Assembly (NCBI RefSeq): GCF_009914755.1
Contig: NC_060939.1
Direction: 5' to 3' (one strand)
From: the human T2T-CHM13v2.0 reference genome, Homo sapiens
Length of the DNA stretch: 64,000 nt
Part shown: positions 26,001-40,500 of the stretch, one piece after another
Numbering within the stretch: the stretch's first letter is position 1
Layout of the letters: each line of letters begins with the position of its first letter
The notes under the pieces: generated by a model
Database searches by the model: none
What the model saw: the letters and a program-made list of their open reading frames with translations, nothing else
Told to the model about the DNA's origin: nothing
Position numbers and translations under genes: made by a program

Positions 26001-29000
26001 CCATATTGTTCCATTCGATTCCATTCGAATCCATTCCATTCCAGTCCATTCCATTCGATTCCATTCCATTCATTTCAATTCCATTCCATTCCATTCCATT
26101 CCATTCCACTTGATTCCTCTCCATTCCCTTCCACTGCATTCCGTTCGATTCCATTCCATTGCATTGCATTCCATTCCATTGGATTGCATTCCATTCGATT
26201 CCATTCCATTCGAATCAATTACATAGCAATCCATTACATTCGAGTCTATTCTCTTCCGTTCCATTCGATTTCGTTCCAATCCATTCGATTCCATTCCATT
26301 CGATTCCATTCCATACTATTGCATTCCATTCGATTACATTATATTCGAATAAGTTCCATTCAAGACCATTTCTTTTGAGTCCATTCTATTTGAGTCCATT
26401 CCCTTTGATTCCATAACATTTGAGTCCATTCAATTCCATTCCTTTCGTTTCCATTCCATTTGATGCCATTCCATTCAATTCTGTTCTACTCGACTCCAAT
26501 ACATTCAATTCCATTCCATCCGATTCCATTACATTCTTTTCATTTCTTATCCATTTCAAGCCATTCCACTCCATTCCATTCCACTCGTTTCCTTTCCATT
26601 CGAGTCCATTCCTCTCCAGTCCATTCCGTTCAATCCATTCCATTCCAGTCCATTCCATTCGAGTCCGTTCCATTCCAGTCCATTCCATTCGAGTCAATTC
26701 CATTCCATTCGATGTCTTTCCATAACGATCCATTCCATTCTATTCCTTTCGATTCCATTCCATTCTATTTCATTCCATTCGATTCCCTTCCATTGGACTC
26801 CTTTCCATTTGAGTGCATTCCATTCCGTTCCATTTCTTTCCGTTCTGTACGATTCCTACCGTTCGATTTCATTTTGTTCCAGTCCATTCCTTTCGCGTCC
26901 ATTCCATTCCATTTCACTCCATTCGATTCCATTCCACTCGATTCCACTTCGTTCCATTTCATTGCATTCCATTCTATTCAACTCTATTGCCTTCCATTCC
27001 ATTCCATTCGATTACATTCCATGCGATTCCATTCGAAATCGAATCAATTACATTGCAATCCATTACTATTGAGTCCGTTTTATTCCAGTCCACTGCATTC
27101 TGGTCCATTCCATTTGATTCCATTCCATTCTATTCCATTCCATACAGTTGCATTCCATTGGATTCCATGCTATATCTATAAATTCAATTCGAGACCATTG
27201 CTTTTGAGTCCATTCTATATGATTCCATTCCATTCAAGTCCATTACATTTGGTTCAATTCCATTCCATTCCATTCCCTTCCATTCCATTCCATTTGATAT
27301 CAATCCATTCGATTCCATTCCATTCGAGCACATTCCATTCGAGTCCATTCCATTCGATGCCATTCCATTTGATTCTATTCCATTAGTCTCCATTCAATTC
27401 CATTAATCTCCTTTCCATTCCATTCTACTCCAACTGATTCCATTCCATTCTATTCCTTTCCATTCCATTTCATTCCATTCCATTCCATTTCATTCCATTC
27501 CATTCCATTCGTGTCCATTCCACTCCAGTCCATTCCATTCATGTCCATTCCATTCCAGTCCATTCCATTTGTGTCCACTGCATTCCATTCCACTCCATTC
27601 CATATTATTCCATTACACTCCATTCCATTCTATTACTTTCATTTCCATTCAATTCCATTCCATTTGATTCCATTCCACTCGGTTTCATTCCATTTGAGTC
27701 CACTCCATTCCATTCCATTCCATTCCATTCAGTTCCATTCCATTCTGTTCCATTCCATTCCGTTCCATTACATTCCATTCCATTCGGTACCATTCCATAT
27801 TGTTCCATTCGATTCCATTCGAATCCATTCCATTCCAGTCCATTCCATTCGATTCCATTCCATTCATTTCAATTCCATTCCATTCCATTCCATTACATTC
27901 CACTTGATTCCTCTCCATTCCCTTCCACTGCATTCCGTTTGATTCCATTCCATTGCATTGCATTCCATTCCATTGGATTGCATTCCATTCGATTCCATTC
28001 CATTCGAATCAATTACATAGCAATCCATTACATTCGAGTCTATTCTATTCCGTTCCATTCGATTTCGTTCCAATCCATTCGACTCCATTCCATTCGATTC
28101 CATTCCATACTATTGCATTCCATTCGATTACATTATATTCGAATAAGTTCCATTCAAGACCATTTCTTTTGAGTCCATTCTATTTGAGTCCATTCCCTTT
28201 GATTCCATAATATTTGAGTCCATTCAATTCCATTCCTTTCGTTTCCATTCCATTTGATGCCATTCCATTCAATTCTGTTCTACTCGACTCCAATACATTC
28301 AATTCCATTCCATCCGATTCCATTACATTCTTTTCATTTCTTATCCATTTCAAGCCATTCCACTCCATTCCATTCCACTCGTTTCCTTTCCATTCGCGTC
28401 CATTCCTCTCCAGTCCATTCCGTTCAATCCATTCCATTCCAGTCCATTCCATTCGAGTCCGTTCCATTCCAGTCCATTCCATTCGAGTCAATTCCATCCC
28501 ATTCGATGTCTTTCCATAACGATCCATTCCATTCTATTCCTTTCGATTCCATTCCATTCTATTTCATTCCATTCGATTCCCTTCCATTGGACTCCTTTCC
28601 ATTCGAGTGCATTCCATTCCGTTCCATTTCTTTCCGTTCTGTACGATTCCTACCGTTCGATTTCATTTTGTTCCAGTCCATTCCTTTCGCGTCCATTCCA
28701 TTCCATTTCACTCCATTCGATTCCATTCCACTCGATTCCACTTCGTTCCATTTCATTGCATTCCATTCTATTCAACTCTATTGCCTTCCATTCCATTCCA
28801 TTCGATTACATTCCATGCGATTCCATTCGAAATCGAATCAATTACATTGCAATCCATTACTATTGAGTCCGTTTTATTCCAGTCCACTGCATTCTGGTCC
28901 ATTCCATTTGATTCCATTCCATTCTATTCCATTCCATACAGTTGCATTCCATTGGATTCCATGCTATATCTATAAATTCAATTCGAGACCATTGCTTTTG

Positions 29001-30000
29001 AGTCCATTCTATATGATTCCATTCCATTCAAGTCCATTACATTTGGTTCAATTCCATTCCATTCCATTCCCTTCCATTCCATTCCATTTGATATCAATCC
29101 ATTCGATTCCATTCCATTCGAGCACATTCCATTCGAGTCCATTCCATTCGATGCCATTCCATTTGATTCTATTCCATTAGTCTCCATTCAATTCCATTAA
29201 TCTCCATTCCATTCCATTCTACTCCAACTGATTCCATTTCATTCTATTCCTTTCCATTCCATTTCATTCCGTTCCATTCCATTCGTGTCCATTCCACTCC
29301 AGTCCATTCCATTCGTGTCCATTCCATTCCAGTCCATTCCATTTGTGTCCACTGCATTCCATTCCACTCCATTCCATATTATTCCATTACACTCCATTCC
29401 ATTCTATTACTTTCATTTCCATTCAATTCCATTCCATTTGATTCCATTCCACTCGGTTTCATTCCATTTGAGTCCACTCCATTCCATTCCATTCCATTCC
29501 ATTCAGTTCCATTCCATTCTGTTCCATTCCATTCCGTTCCATTACATTCCATTCCATTCGGTACCATTCCATATTGTTCCATTCGATTCCATTCGAATCC
29601 ATTCCATTCCAGTCCATTCCATTCGATTCCATTCCATTCATTTCAATTCCATTCCATTCCATTCCATTCCATTCCACTTGATTCCTCTCCATTCCCTTCC
29701 ACTGCATTCCGTTCGATTCCATTCCATTGCATTGCATTCCATTCCATTGGATTGCATTCCATTCGATTCCATTCCATTCGAATCAATTACATAGCAATCC
29801 ATTACATTCGAGTCTATTCTCTTCCGTTCCATTCGATTTCGTTCCAATCCATTCGATTCCATTCCATTCGATTCCATTCCATACTATTGCATTCCATTCG
29901 ATTACATTATATTCGAATAAGTTCCATTCAAGACCATTTCTTTTGAGTCCATTCTATTTGAGTCCATTCCCTTTGATTCCATAACATTTGAGTCCATTCA
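20100..30000 (+). repeat. Multi-monomer variant block (units A-B1-B2-C-D-E) recurring at ~47-54 kb and ~56.5-64 kb
   Basis: Shared private variants at offsets 26897/26892 and 34052/34047, e.g. CCACCCC at 22158/49055, a 1-bp deletion GGATTCATG at 25372/52264/59419, and a 20-bp deletion near 22585/49480/56635. Confidence 0.85.
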
Positions 30001-31899
30001 ATTCCATTCCTTTCGTTTCCATTCCATTTGATGCCATTCCATTCAATTCTGTTCTACTCGACTCCAATACATTCAATTCCATTCCATCCGATTCCATTAC
30101 ATTCTTTTCATTTCTTATCCATTTCAAGCCATTCCACTCCATTCCATTCCACTCGTTTCCTTTCCATTCGAGTCCATTCCTCTCCAGTCCATTCCGTTCA
30201 ATCCATTCCATTCCAGTCCATTCCATTCGAGTCCGTTCCATTCCAGTCCATTCCATTCGAGTCAATTCCATCCCATTCGATGTCTTTCCATAACGATCCA
30301 TTCCATTCTATTCCTTTCAATTCCATTCCATTCTATTTCATTCCATTCGATTCCCTTCCATTGGACTCCTTTAAATTCGAGTGCATTCCATTCCGTTCCA
30401 TTTCTTTCCGTTCTGTACGATTCCTACCGTTCGATTTCATTTTGTTCCAGTCCATTCCTTTCGCGTCCATTCCATTCCATTTCACCCCATTCGATTCCAT
30501 TCCACTCGATTCCACTTCGTTCCATTTCATTGCATTCCATTCTATTCAACTCTATTGCCTTCCATTCCATTCCATTCGATTACATTCCATGCGATTCCAT
30601 TCGAAATCGAATCAATTACATTGCAATCCATTACTATTGAGTCCGTTTTATTCCAGTCCACTGCATTCTGGTCCATTCCATTTGATTCCATTCCATTCTA
30701 TTCCATTCCATACAGTTGCATTCCATTGGATTCCATGCTATATCTATAAATTCAATTCGAGACCATTGCTTTTGAGTCCATTCTATATGATTCCATTCCA
30801 TTCAAGTCCATTACATTTGGTTCAATTCCATTCCATTCCATTCCCTTCCATTCCATTCCAGTTGATATCAATCCATTCGATTCCATTCCATTCGAGCACA
30901 TTCCATTCGAGTCCATTCCATTCGATGCCATTCCATTTGATTCTATTCCATTAGTCTCCATTCAATTCCATTAATCTCCATTCCATTCCATTCTACTCCA
31001 ACTGATTCCATTCCATTCTATTCCTTTCCATTCCATTTCATTCCATTCCATTCCATTTCATTCCATTCCATTCCATTCGTGTCCATTCCACTCCAGTCCA
31101 TTCCATTCGTGTCCATTCCATTCCAGTCCATTCCATTTGTGTCCACTGCATTCCATTCCACTCCATTCCATATTATTCCATTACACTCCATTCCATTCTA
31201 TTACTTTCATTTCCATTCAATTCCATTCCATTTGATTCCATTCCACTCGGTTTCATTCCATTTGAGTCCACTCCATTCCATTCCATTCCATTCCATTCAG
31301 TTCCATTCCATTCTGTTCCATTCCATTCCGTTCCATTACATTCCATTCCATTCGGTACCATTCCATATTGTTCCATTCGATTCCATTCGAATCCATTCCA
31401 TTCCAGTCCATTCCATTCGATTCCATTCCATTCATTTCAATTCCATTCCATTCCATTCCATTCCATTCCACTTGATTCCTCTCCATTCCCTTCCACTGCA
31501 TTCCGTTCGATTCCATTCCATTGCATTGCATTCCATTCCATTGGATTGCATTCCATTCGATTCCATTCCATTCGAATCAATTACATAGCAATCCATTACA
31601 TTCGAGTCTATTCTCTTCCGTTCCATTCGATTTCGTTCCAATCCATTCGATTCCATTCCATTCGATTCCATTCCATACTATTGCATTCCATTCGATTACA
31701 TTATATTCGAATAAGTTCCATTCAAGACCATTTCTTTTGAGTCCATTCTATTTGAGTCCATTCCCTTTGATTCCATAACATTTGAGTCCATTCAATTCCA
31801 TTCCTTTCGTTTCCATTCCATTTGATGCCATTCCATTCAATTCTGTTCTACTCGACTCCAATACATTCAATTCCATTCCATCCGATTCCATTACATTCT

Positions 31900-34800
31900 T
31901 TTCATTTCTTATCCATTTCAAGCCATTCCATTCCATTCCATTCCACTCGTTTCCTTTCCATTCGAGTCCATTCCTCTCCAGTCCATTCCGTTCAATCCAT
32001 TCCATTCCAGTCCATTCCATTCGAGTCCGTTCCATTCCAGTCCATTCCATTCGAGTCAATTACATTCCATTCGATGTCTTTCCATAACGATCCATTCCAT
32101 TCTATTCCTTTCGACTCCATTCCATTCTATTTCATTCCATTCGATTCCCTTCCATTGGACTCCTTTCCATTCGAGTGCATTCCATTCCGTTCCATTTCTT
32201 TCCGTTCTGTACGATTCCTACCGTTCGATTTCATTTTGTTCCAGTCCATTCCTTTCGCGTCCATTCCATTCCATTTCACTCCATTCGATTCCATTCCTCT
32301 CGATTCCACTTCGTTCCATTTCATTGCATTCCATTCTATTCAACTCTATTGCCTTCCATTCCATTCCATTCGATTACATTCCATGCGATTCCATTCGAAA
32401 TCGAATCAATTACATTGCAATCCATTACAATTGCGTCCGTTTTATTCCAGTCCACTGCATTCTGGTCCATTCCATTTGATTCCATTCCATTCTATTCCAT
32501 TCCATACAGTTGCATTCCTTTGGATTCCATGCTATATCTATAAATTCAATTCGAGACCATTGCTTTTGAGTCCATTCTATATGATTCCATTCCATTCAAG
32601 TCCATTGCATTTGGTTCAATTCCATTCCATTCCATTCCCTTCCATTCCATTCCAGTTGATATCAATCCATTCGATTCCATTCCATTCGAGCACATTCCAT
32701 TCGAGTCCATTCCATTCGATGCCATTCCATTTGATTCTATTCCATTAGTCTCCATTCAATTCCATTAATCTCCATTCCATTCCATTCTACTCCAACTGAT
32801 TCCATTCCATTCTATTCCTTTCCATTCCATTTCATTCCATTCCATTCCATTTCATTCCATTCCATTCCATTCGCTTCCATTCCATTCGTGTCCATTCCAC
32901 TCCAGTCCATTCCATTCGTGTCCATTCCATTCCAGTCCATTCCATTTGTGTCCACTGCATTCCATTCCACTCCATTCCATATTATTCCATTACACTCCCT
33001 TCCATTCTATTACTTTCATTTCCATTCAATTCCATTCCATTTGATTCCATTCCACTCGGTTTCATTCCATTTGAGTCCACTCCATTCCATTCCATTCCAT
33101 TCCATTCAGTTCCATTCCATTCTGTTCCATTCCATTCCGTTCCATTGCATTCCATTCCATTCGGTACCATTCCATATTGTTCCATTTGATTCCATTCGAA
33201 TCCATTCTATTCCAGTCCATTCCATTCGATTCCATTCCATTCCTTTCAATTCCATTCCATTCCATTCCATTCCACTTGATTCCACTCCATTCCCTTCCAC
33301 TGCATTCCATTCGATTCCATTCCATTGCATTGCATTCCATTCCATTGGACTGCATACCATTCGATTCCATTCCATTCGAATCAATTACATAGCAATCCAT
33401 TACATTCGAGTCTATTCTATTCCGTTCCATTCGATTTCGTTCCAATCCATTCGATTCCATTCCGTTCGATTCCATTCCATACTATTGCATTCCATTCGAT
33501 TACATTATATTCGAATAAGTTCCATTCATGACCATTTCTTTTGAGTCCATTCGATTTGAGTCCATTCCCTTTGATTCCATAACATTTGAGTCCATTCAAT
33601 TCCATTCCTTTCGTTTCCATTCCATTTGATGCCATTCCATTCAATTCTGTTCTACTCGACTCCAATACATTCAATTCCATTCCATCCGATTCCATTACAT
33701 TCTTTTCATTTCTTATCCATTTCAAGTCATTCCACTCCATTCCATTCCACTCGTTTCCTTTCCATTCAAGTCCATTCCTCTCCAGTCCATTCCGTTCAAT
33801 CCATTCCATTCCAGTCCATTCCATTCCAGTCCGTTCCATTCCAGACCATTCCATTCGAGTCAATTCCATTCCATTCGATGTCTTTCCATAACGATCCATT
33901 CCATTCTATTCCTTTCGATTCCATTCCATTCTATTTCATTCCATTCGATTCCCTTCCATTGGACTCCTTTCCATTCGAGTGCATTCCATTCCGTTCCATT
34001 TCTTTCCGTTCTGTACGATTCCTACCGTTCGATTTCATTTTGTTCCAGTCCATTCCTTTCGCGTCCATTCCATTCCATTTCACTACATTCGATTCCATTC
34101 CACTCGATTGCACTTCGTTCCATTTCATTGCATTCCATTCTATTCAACTCTATTGCCTTCCATTCCATTCCATTCGATTACACTCCATGCGATTCCATTC
34201 AAATCGAATCAATTACATTGCAATCCATTACAATTGAATCCGTTTTATTCCAGTCCACTGCATTCTGGTCCATTCCATTTGATTCCATTCCATTCTATTC
34301 CATTCCATACAGTTGCATTCCTTTGGATTCCATGCTATATATATAAATTCAATTCGAGACCATTGCTTTTGAGTCCATTCTATATGATTCCATTCCATTC
34401 AAGTCCATTACATTTGGTTCAATTCCATTCCATTCCATTCCCTTCCATTCCATTCCAGTTGATATCAATCCATTCGATTCCATTCCATTCGAGCACATTC
34501 CATTCGAGTCCATTCCATTCGATGCCATTCCATTTGATTCTATTCCATTAGTCTCCATTCAATTCCATTAATCTCCATTCCATTCCATTCTACTCCAACT
34601 GATTCCATTCCATTCTATTCCTTTCCATTCCATTTCATTCCATTCCATTCCATTCGCTTCCATTCCATTCGTGTCCATTCCACTCCAGTCCATTCCATTC
34701 GTGTCCATTCTATTCCAGTCCATTCCATTTGTGTCCACTGCATTCCATTCCACTCCATTCCATATTATTCCATTACACTCCCTTCCATTCTATTACTTTC

Positions 34801-36900
34801 ATTTCCATTCAATTCCATTCCATTTGATTCCATTCCACTCGGTTTCATTCCATTTGAGTCCACTCCATTCCATTCCATTCCATTCCATTCAGTTCCATTC
34901 CATTCTGTTCCATTCCATTCCGTTCCATTGCATTCCATTCCATTCGGTACCATTCCATATTGTTCCATTCGATTCCATTCGAATCCATTCCATTCCAGTC
35001 CATTCCATTCGATTCCATTCCATTCATTTCAATTCCATTCCATTCCATTCCATTCCATTCCACTTGATTCCTCTCCATTCCCTTCCACTGCATTCCGTTC
35101 GATTCCATTCCATTGCATTGCATTCCATTCCATTGCATTGCATTCCATTCGATTCCATTCCATTCGAATCAATTACATAGCAATCCATTACATTCGAGTC
35201 TATTCTCTTCCGTTCCATTCGATTTCGTTCCAATCCATTCGATTCCATTCCATTCGATTCCATTCCATACTATTGCATTCCATTCGATTACATTATACTC
35301 GAATAAGTTCCATTCAAGACCATTTCTTTTGAGTCCATTCTATTTGAGTCCATTCCCTTTGATTCCATAACATTTGAGTCCATTCAATTCCATTCCTTTC
35401 GTTTCCATTCCATTTGATGCCATTCCATTCAATTCTGTTCTACTCGACTCCAATACATTCAATTCCATTCCATCCGATTCCATTACATTCTTTTCATTTC
35501 TTATCCATTTCAAGCCATTCCACTCCATTCCATTCCACTCGTTTCCTTTCCATTCGAGTCCATTCCTCTCCAGTCCATTCCGTTCAATCCATTCCATTCC
35601 AGTCCATTCCATTCGAGTCCGTTCCATTCCAGTCCATTCCATTCGAGTCAATTCCATCCCATTCGATGTCTTTCCATAACGATCCATTCCATTCTATTCC
35701 TTTCGATTCCATTCCATTCTATTTCATTCCATTCGATTCCCTTCCATTGGACTCCTTTCCATTCGAGTGCATTCCATTCCGTTCCATTTCTTTCCGTTCT
35801 GTACGATTCCTACCGTTCGATTTCATTTTGTTCCAGTCCATTCCTTTCGCGTCCATTCCATTCCATTTCACTCCATTCGATTCCATTCCACTCGATTCCA
35901 CTTCGTTCCATTTCATTGCATTCCATTCTATTCAACTCTATTGCCTTCCATTCCATTCCATTCGATTACATTCCATGCGATTCCATTCGAAATCGAATCA
36001 ATTACATTGCAATCCATTACTATTGAGTCCGTTTTATTCCAGTCCACTGCATTCTGGTCCATTCCATTTGATTCCATTCCATTCTATTCCATTCCATACA
36101 GTTGCATTCCATTGGATTCCATGCTATATCTATAAATTCAATTCGAGACCATTGCTTTTGAGTCCATTCTATATGATTCCATTCCATTAAAGTCCATTAC
36201 ATTTGGTTCAAATCCATTCCATTCTATTCCCTTCCATTCCATTCCATTTGATATCAATCCATTCGATTCCATTCCATTCGAGCACATTCCATTCGAGTCC
36301 ATTCCATTCGATGCCATTCCATTTGATTCTATTCCATTAGTCTCCATTCAATTCCATTAATCTCCATTCCATTCCATTCTACTCCAACTGATTCCATTTA
36401 ATTCTATTCCTTTCCATTCCATTTCATTCCATTCTATTCCATTCGTGTCCATTCCACTCCAGTCCATTCCATTCGTGTCCATTCCATTCCAGTCCATTCC
36501 ATTTGTGTCCACTGAATTCCATTCCACTCCATTCCATATTATTCCATTACACTCCATTCCATTCTATTACTTTCATTTCCATTCAATTCCATTCCATTTG
36601 ATTCCATTCCACTCGGTTTCATTCCATTTGAGTCGACTCCATTCCATTCCATTCCATTCCATTCAGTTCCATTCCATTCTGTTCCATTCCATTCCGTTCC
36701 ATTACATTCCATTCCATTCGGTACCATTCCATATTGTTCCATTCGATTCCATTCGAATCCATTCCATTCCAGTCCATTCCATTCGATTCCATTCCATTCA
36801 TTTCAATTCCATTCCATTCCATTCCATTCCATTCCAATTGATTCCTCTCCATTCCCTTCCACTGCATTCCGTTCGATTCCATTCCATTGCATTGCATTCC
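31900..36900 (+). repeat. Diverged island of about 3 monomers with excess private variants and indels
   Basis: Unit lengths are 1809, 1783 and 1774. There are many substitutions absent elsewhere, e.g. TCGCTTCC near 32872/34655, TACAATTG near 32427/34229, GGACTGCATACC near 33347 and CCAGACC near 33841. Confidence 0.8.
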
Positions 36901-37599
36901 ATTCCATTGGATTGCATTCCATTCGATTCCATTCCATTCGAATCAATTACATAGCAATCCATTACATTCGAGTCTATTCTCTTCCGTTCCATTCGATTTC
37001 GTTCCAATCCATTCGATTCCATTCCATTCGATTCCATTCCATACTATTGCATTCCATTCGATTACATTATATTCGAATAAGTTCCATTCAAGACCATTTC
37101 TTTTGAGTCCATTCGATTTGAGTCCATTCCCTTTGATTCCATAACATTTGAGTCCATTCAATTCCATTCCTTTCGTTTCCATTCCATTTGATGCCATTCC
37201 ATTCAATTCTGTTCTACTCGACTCCAATACATTCAATTCCATTCCATCCGATTCCATTACATTCTTTTCATTTCTTATCCATTTCAAGCCATTCCACTCC
37301 ATTCCATTCCACTCGTTTCCTTTCCATTCGAGTCCATTCCTCTCCAGTCCATTCCGTTCAATCCATTCCATTCCAGTCCATTCCATTCGAGTCCGTTCCA
37401 TTCCAGTCCATTCCATTCGAGTCAATTCCATTCCATTCGATGTCTTTCCATAACGATCCATTCCATTCTATTCCTTTCGATTCCATTCCATTCTATTTCA
37501 TTCCATTCGATTCCCTTCCATTGGACTCCTTTCCATTCGAGTGCATTCCATTCCGTTCCATTTCTTTCCGTTCTGTACGATTCCTACCGTTCGATTTCA

Positions 37600-40500
37600 T
37601 TTTGTTCCAGTCCATTCCTTTCGCGTCCATTCCATTCCATTTCACTACATTCGATTCCATTCCATTCGATTCCATTCTACTCGATTCCACTTCGTTCCAT
37701 TTCATTGCATTCCATTCTATTCAACTCTATTGCCTTCCATTCCATTCCATTCGATTACATTCCATGCGATTCCATTCGAAATCGAATCAATTACATTGAA
37801 ATTCATTACTATTTAGTCCGTTTTATTCCAGTCCACTGCATTCTGGTCCATTCCATTTGATTCCATTCCATTCTATTCCATTCCATACAGTTGCATTCCA
37901 TTGGATTCCATGCTATATCTATAAATTCAATTCGAGACCATTGCTTTTGAGTCCATTCTATATGATTCCATTCCATTCAAGTCCATTACATTTGGTTCAA
38001 TTCCATTCCATTCCATTCCCTTCCATTCCATTCCATTTGATATCAATCCATTCGATTCCATTCCATTCGAGCACATTCCACTCGAGTCCATTCCATTCGA
38101 TGCCATTCCATTTGATTCTATTCCATTAGTCTCCATTCAATTCCATTAATCTCCTTTCCATTCCATTCTACTCCAACTGATTCCATTCCATTCTATTCCT
38201 TTCCATTCCATTTCATTCCATTCCATTCCATTTCATTCCATTCCATTCCATTCGTGTCCATTCCACTCCAGTCCATTCCATTCGTGTCCATTCCATTCCA
38301 GTCCATTCCATTTGTGTCCACTGCATTCCATTCCACTCCATTCCATATTATTCCATTACACTCCATTCCATTCTATTACTTTCATTTCCATTCAATTCCA
38401 TTCCATTTGATTCCATTCCACTCGGTTTCATTCCATTTGAGTCCACTCCATTCCATTCCATTCCATTCCATTCAGTTCCATTCCATTCTGTTCCATTCCA
38501 TTCCGTTCCATTACATTCCATTCCATTCGGTACCATTCCATATTGTTCCATTCGATTCCATTCGAATCCATTCCATTCCAGTCCATTCCATTCGATTCCA
38601 TTCCATTCATTTCAATTCCATTCCATTCCATTCCATTACATTCCACTTGATTCCTCTCCATTCCCTTCCACTGCATTCCGTTCGATTCCATTCCATTGCA
38701 TTGCATTCCATTCCATTGGATTGCATTCCATTCGATTCCATTCCATTCGAATCAATTACATAGCAATCCATTACATTCGAGTCTATTCTCTTCCGTTCCA
38801 TTCGATTTCGTTCCAATCCATTCGATTCCATTCCATTCGATTCCATTCCATACTATTGCATTCCATTCGATTACATTATATTCGAATAAGTTCCATTCAA
38901 GGCCATTTCGTTTGAGTCCATTCTATTTGAGTCCATTCCCTTTGATTCCATAACATTTGAGTCCATTCAATTCCATTCCTTTCGTTTCCATTCCATTTGA
39001 TGCCATTCCATTCAATTCTGTTCTACTCGACTCCAATACATTCAATTCCATTCCATCCGATTCCATTACATTCTTTTCATTTCTTATCCATTTCAAGCCA
39101 TTCCACTCCATTCCATTCCACTCGTTTCCTTTCCATTCGAGTCCATTCCTCTCCAGTCCATTCCGTTCAATCCATTCCATTCCAGTCCTTTCCATTCGAG
39201 TCCGTTCCATTCCAGTCCATTCCATTCGAGTCAATTCCATTCCATTCGATGTCTTTCCATAACGATCCATTCCATTCTATTCCTTTCGATTCCATTCCAT
39301 TCTATTTCATTCCATTCGATTCCCTTCCATTGGACTCCTTTCCATTCGAGTGCATTCCATTCCGTTCCATTTCTTTCCGTTCTGTACGATTCCTACCGTT
39401 CGATTTCATTTTGTTCCAGTCCATTCCTTTCGCGTCCATTCCATTCCATTTCACTACATTCGATTCCATTCCATTCGATTCCATTCTACTCGATTCCACT
39501 TCGTTCCATTTCATTGCATTCCATTCTATTCAACTCTATTGCCTTCCATTCCATTCCATTCGATTACATTCCATGCGATTCCATTCGAAATCGAATCAAT
39601 TACATTGAAATTCATTACTATTTAGTCCGTTTTATTCCAGTCCACTGCATTCTGGTCCATTCCATTTGATTCCATTCCATTCTATTCCATTCCATACAGT
39701 TGCATTCCATTGGATTCCATGCTATATCTATAAATTCAATTCGAGACCATTGCTTTTGAGTCCATTCTATATGATTCCATTCCATTCAAGTCCATTACAT
39801 TTGGTTCAATTCCATTCCATTCCATTCCCTTCCATTCCATTCCATTTGATATCAATCCATTCGATTCCATTCCATTCGAGCACATTCCATTCGAGTCCAT
39901 TCCATTCGATGCCATTCCATTTGATTCTATTCCATTAGTCTCCATTCAATTCCATTAATCTCCTTTCCATTCCATTCTACTCCAACTGATTCCATTCCAT
40001 TCTATTCCTTTCCATTCCATTTCATTCCATTCCATTCCATTTCATTCCATTCCATTCCATTCGTGTCCATTCCACTCCAGTCCATTCCATTCGTGTCCAT
40101 TCCATTCCAGTCCATTCCATTTGTGTCCACTGCATTCCATTCCACTCCATTCCATATTATTCCATTACACTCCATTCCATTCTATTACTTTCATTTCCAT
40201 TCAATTCCATTCCATTTGATTCCATTCCACTCGGTTTCATTCCATTTGAGTCCACTCCATTCCATTCCATTCCATTCCATTCAGTTCCATTCCATTCTGT
40301 TCCATTCCATTCCGTTCCATTACATTCCATTCCATTCGGTACCATTCCATATTGTTCCATTCGATTCCATTCGAATCCATTCCATTCCAGTCCATTCCAT
40401 TCGATTCCATTCCATTCATTTCAATTCCATTCCATTCCATTCCATTCCATTCCACTTGATTCCTCTCCATTCCCTTCCACTGCATTCCGTTCGATTCCAT

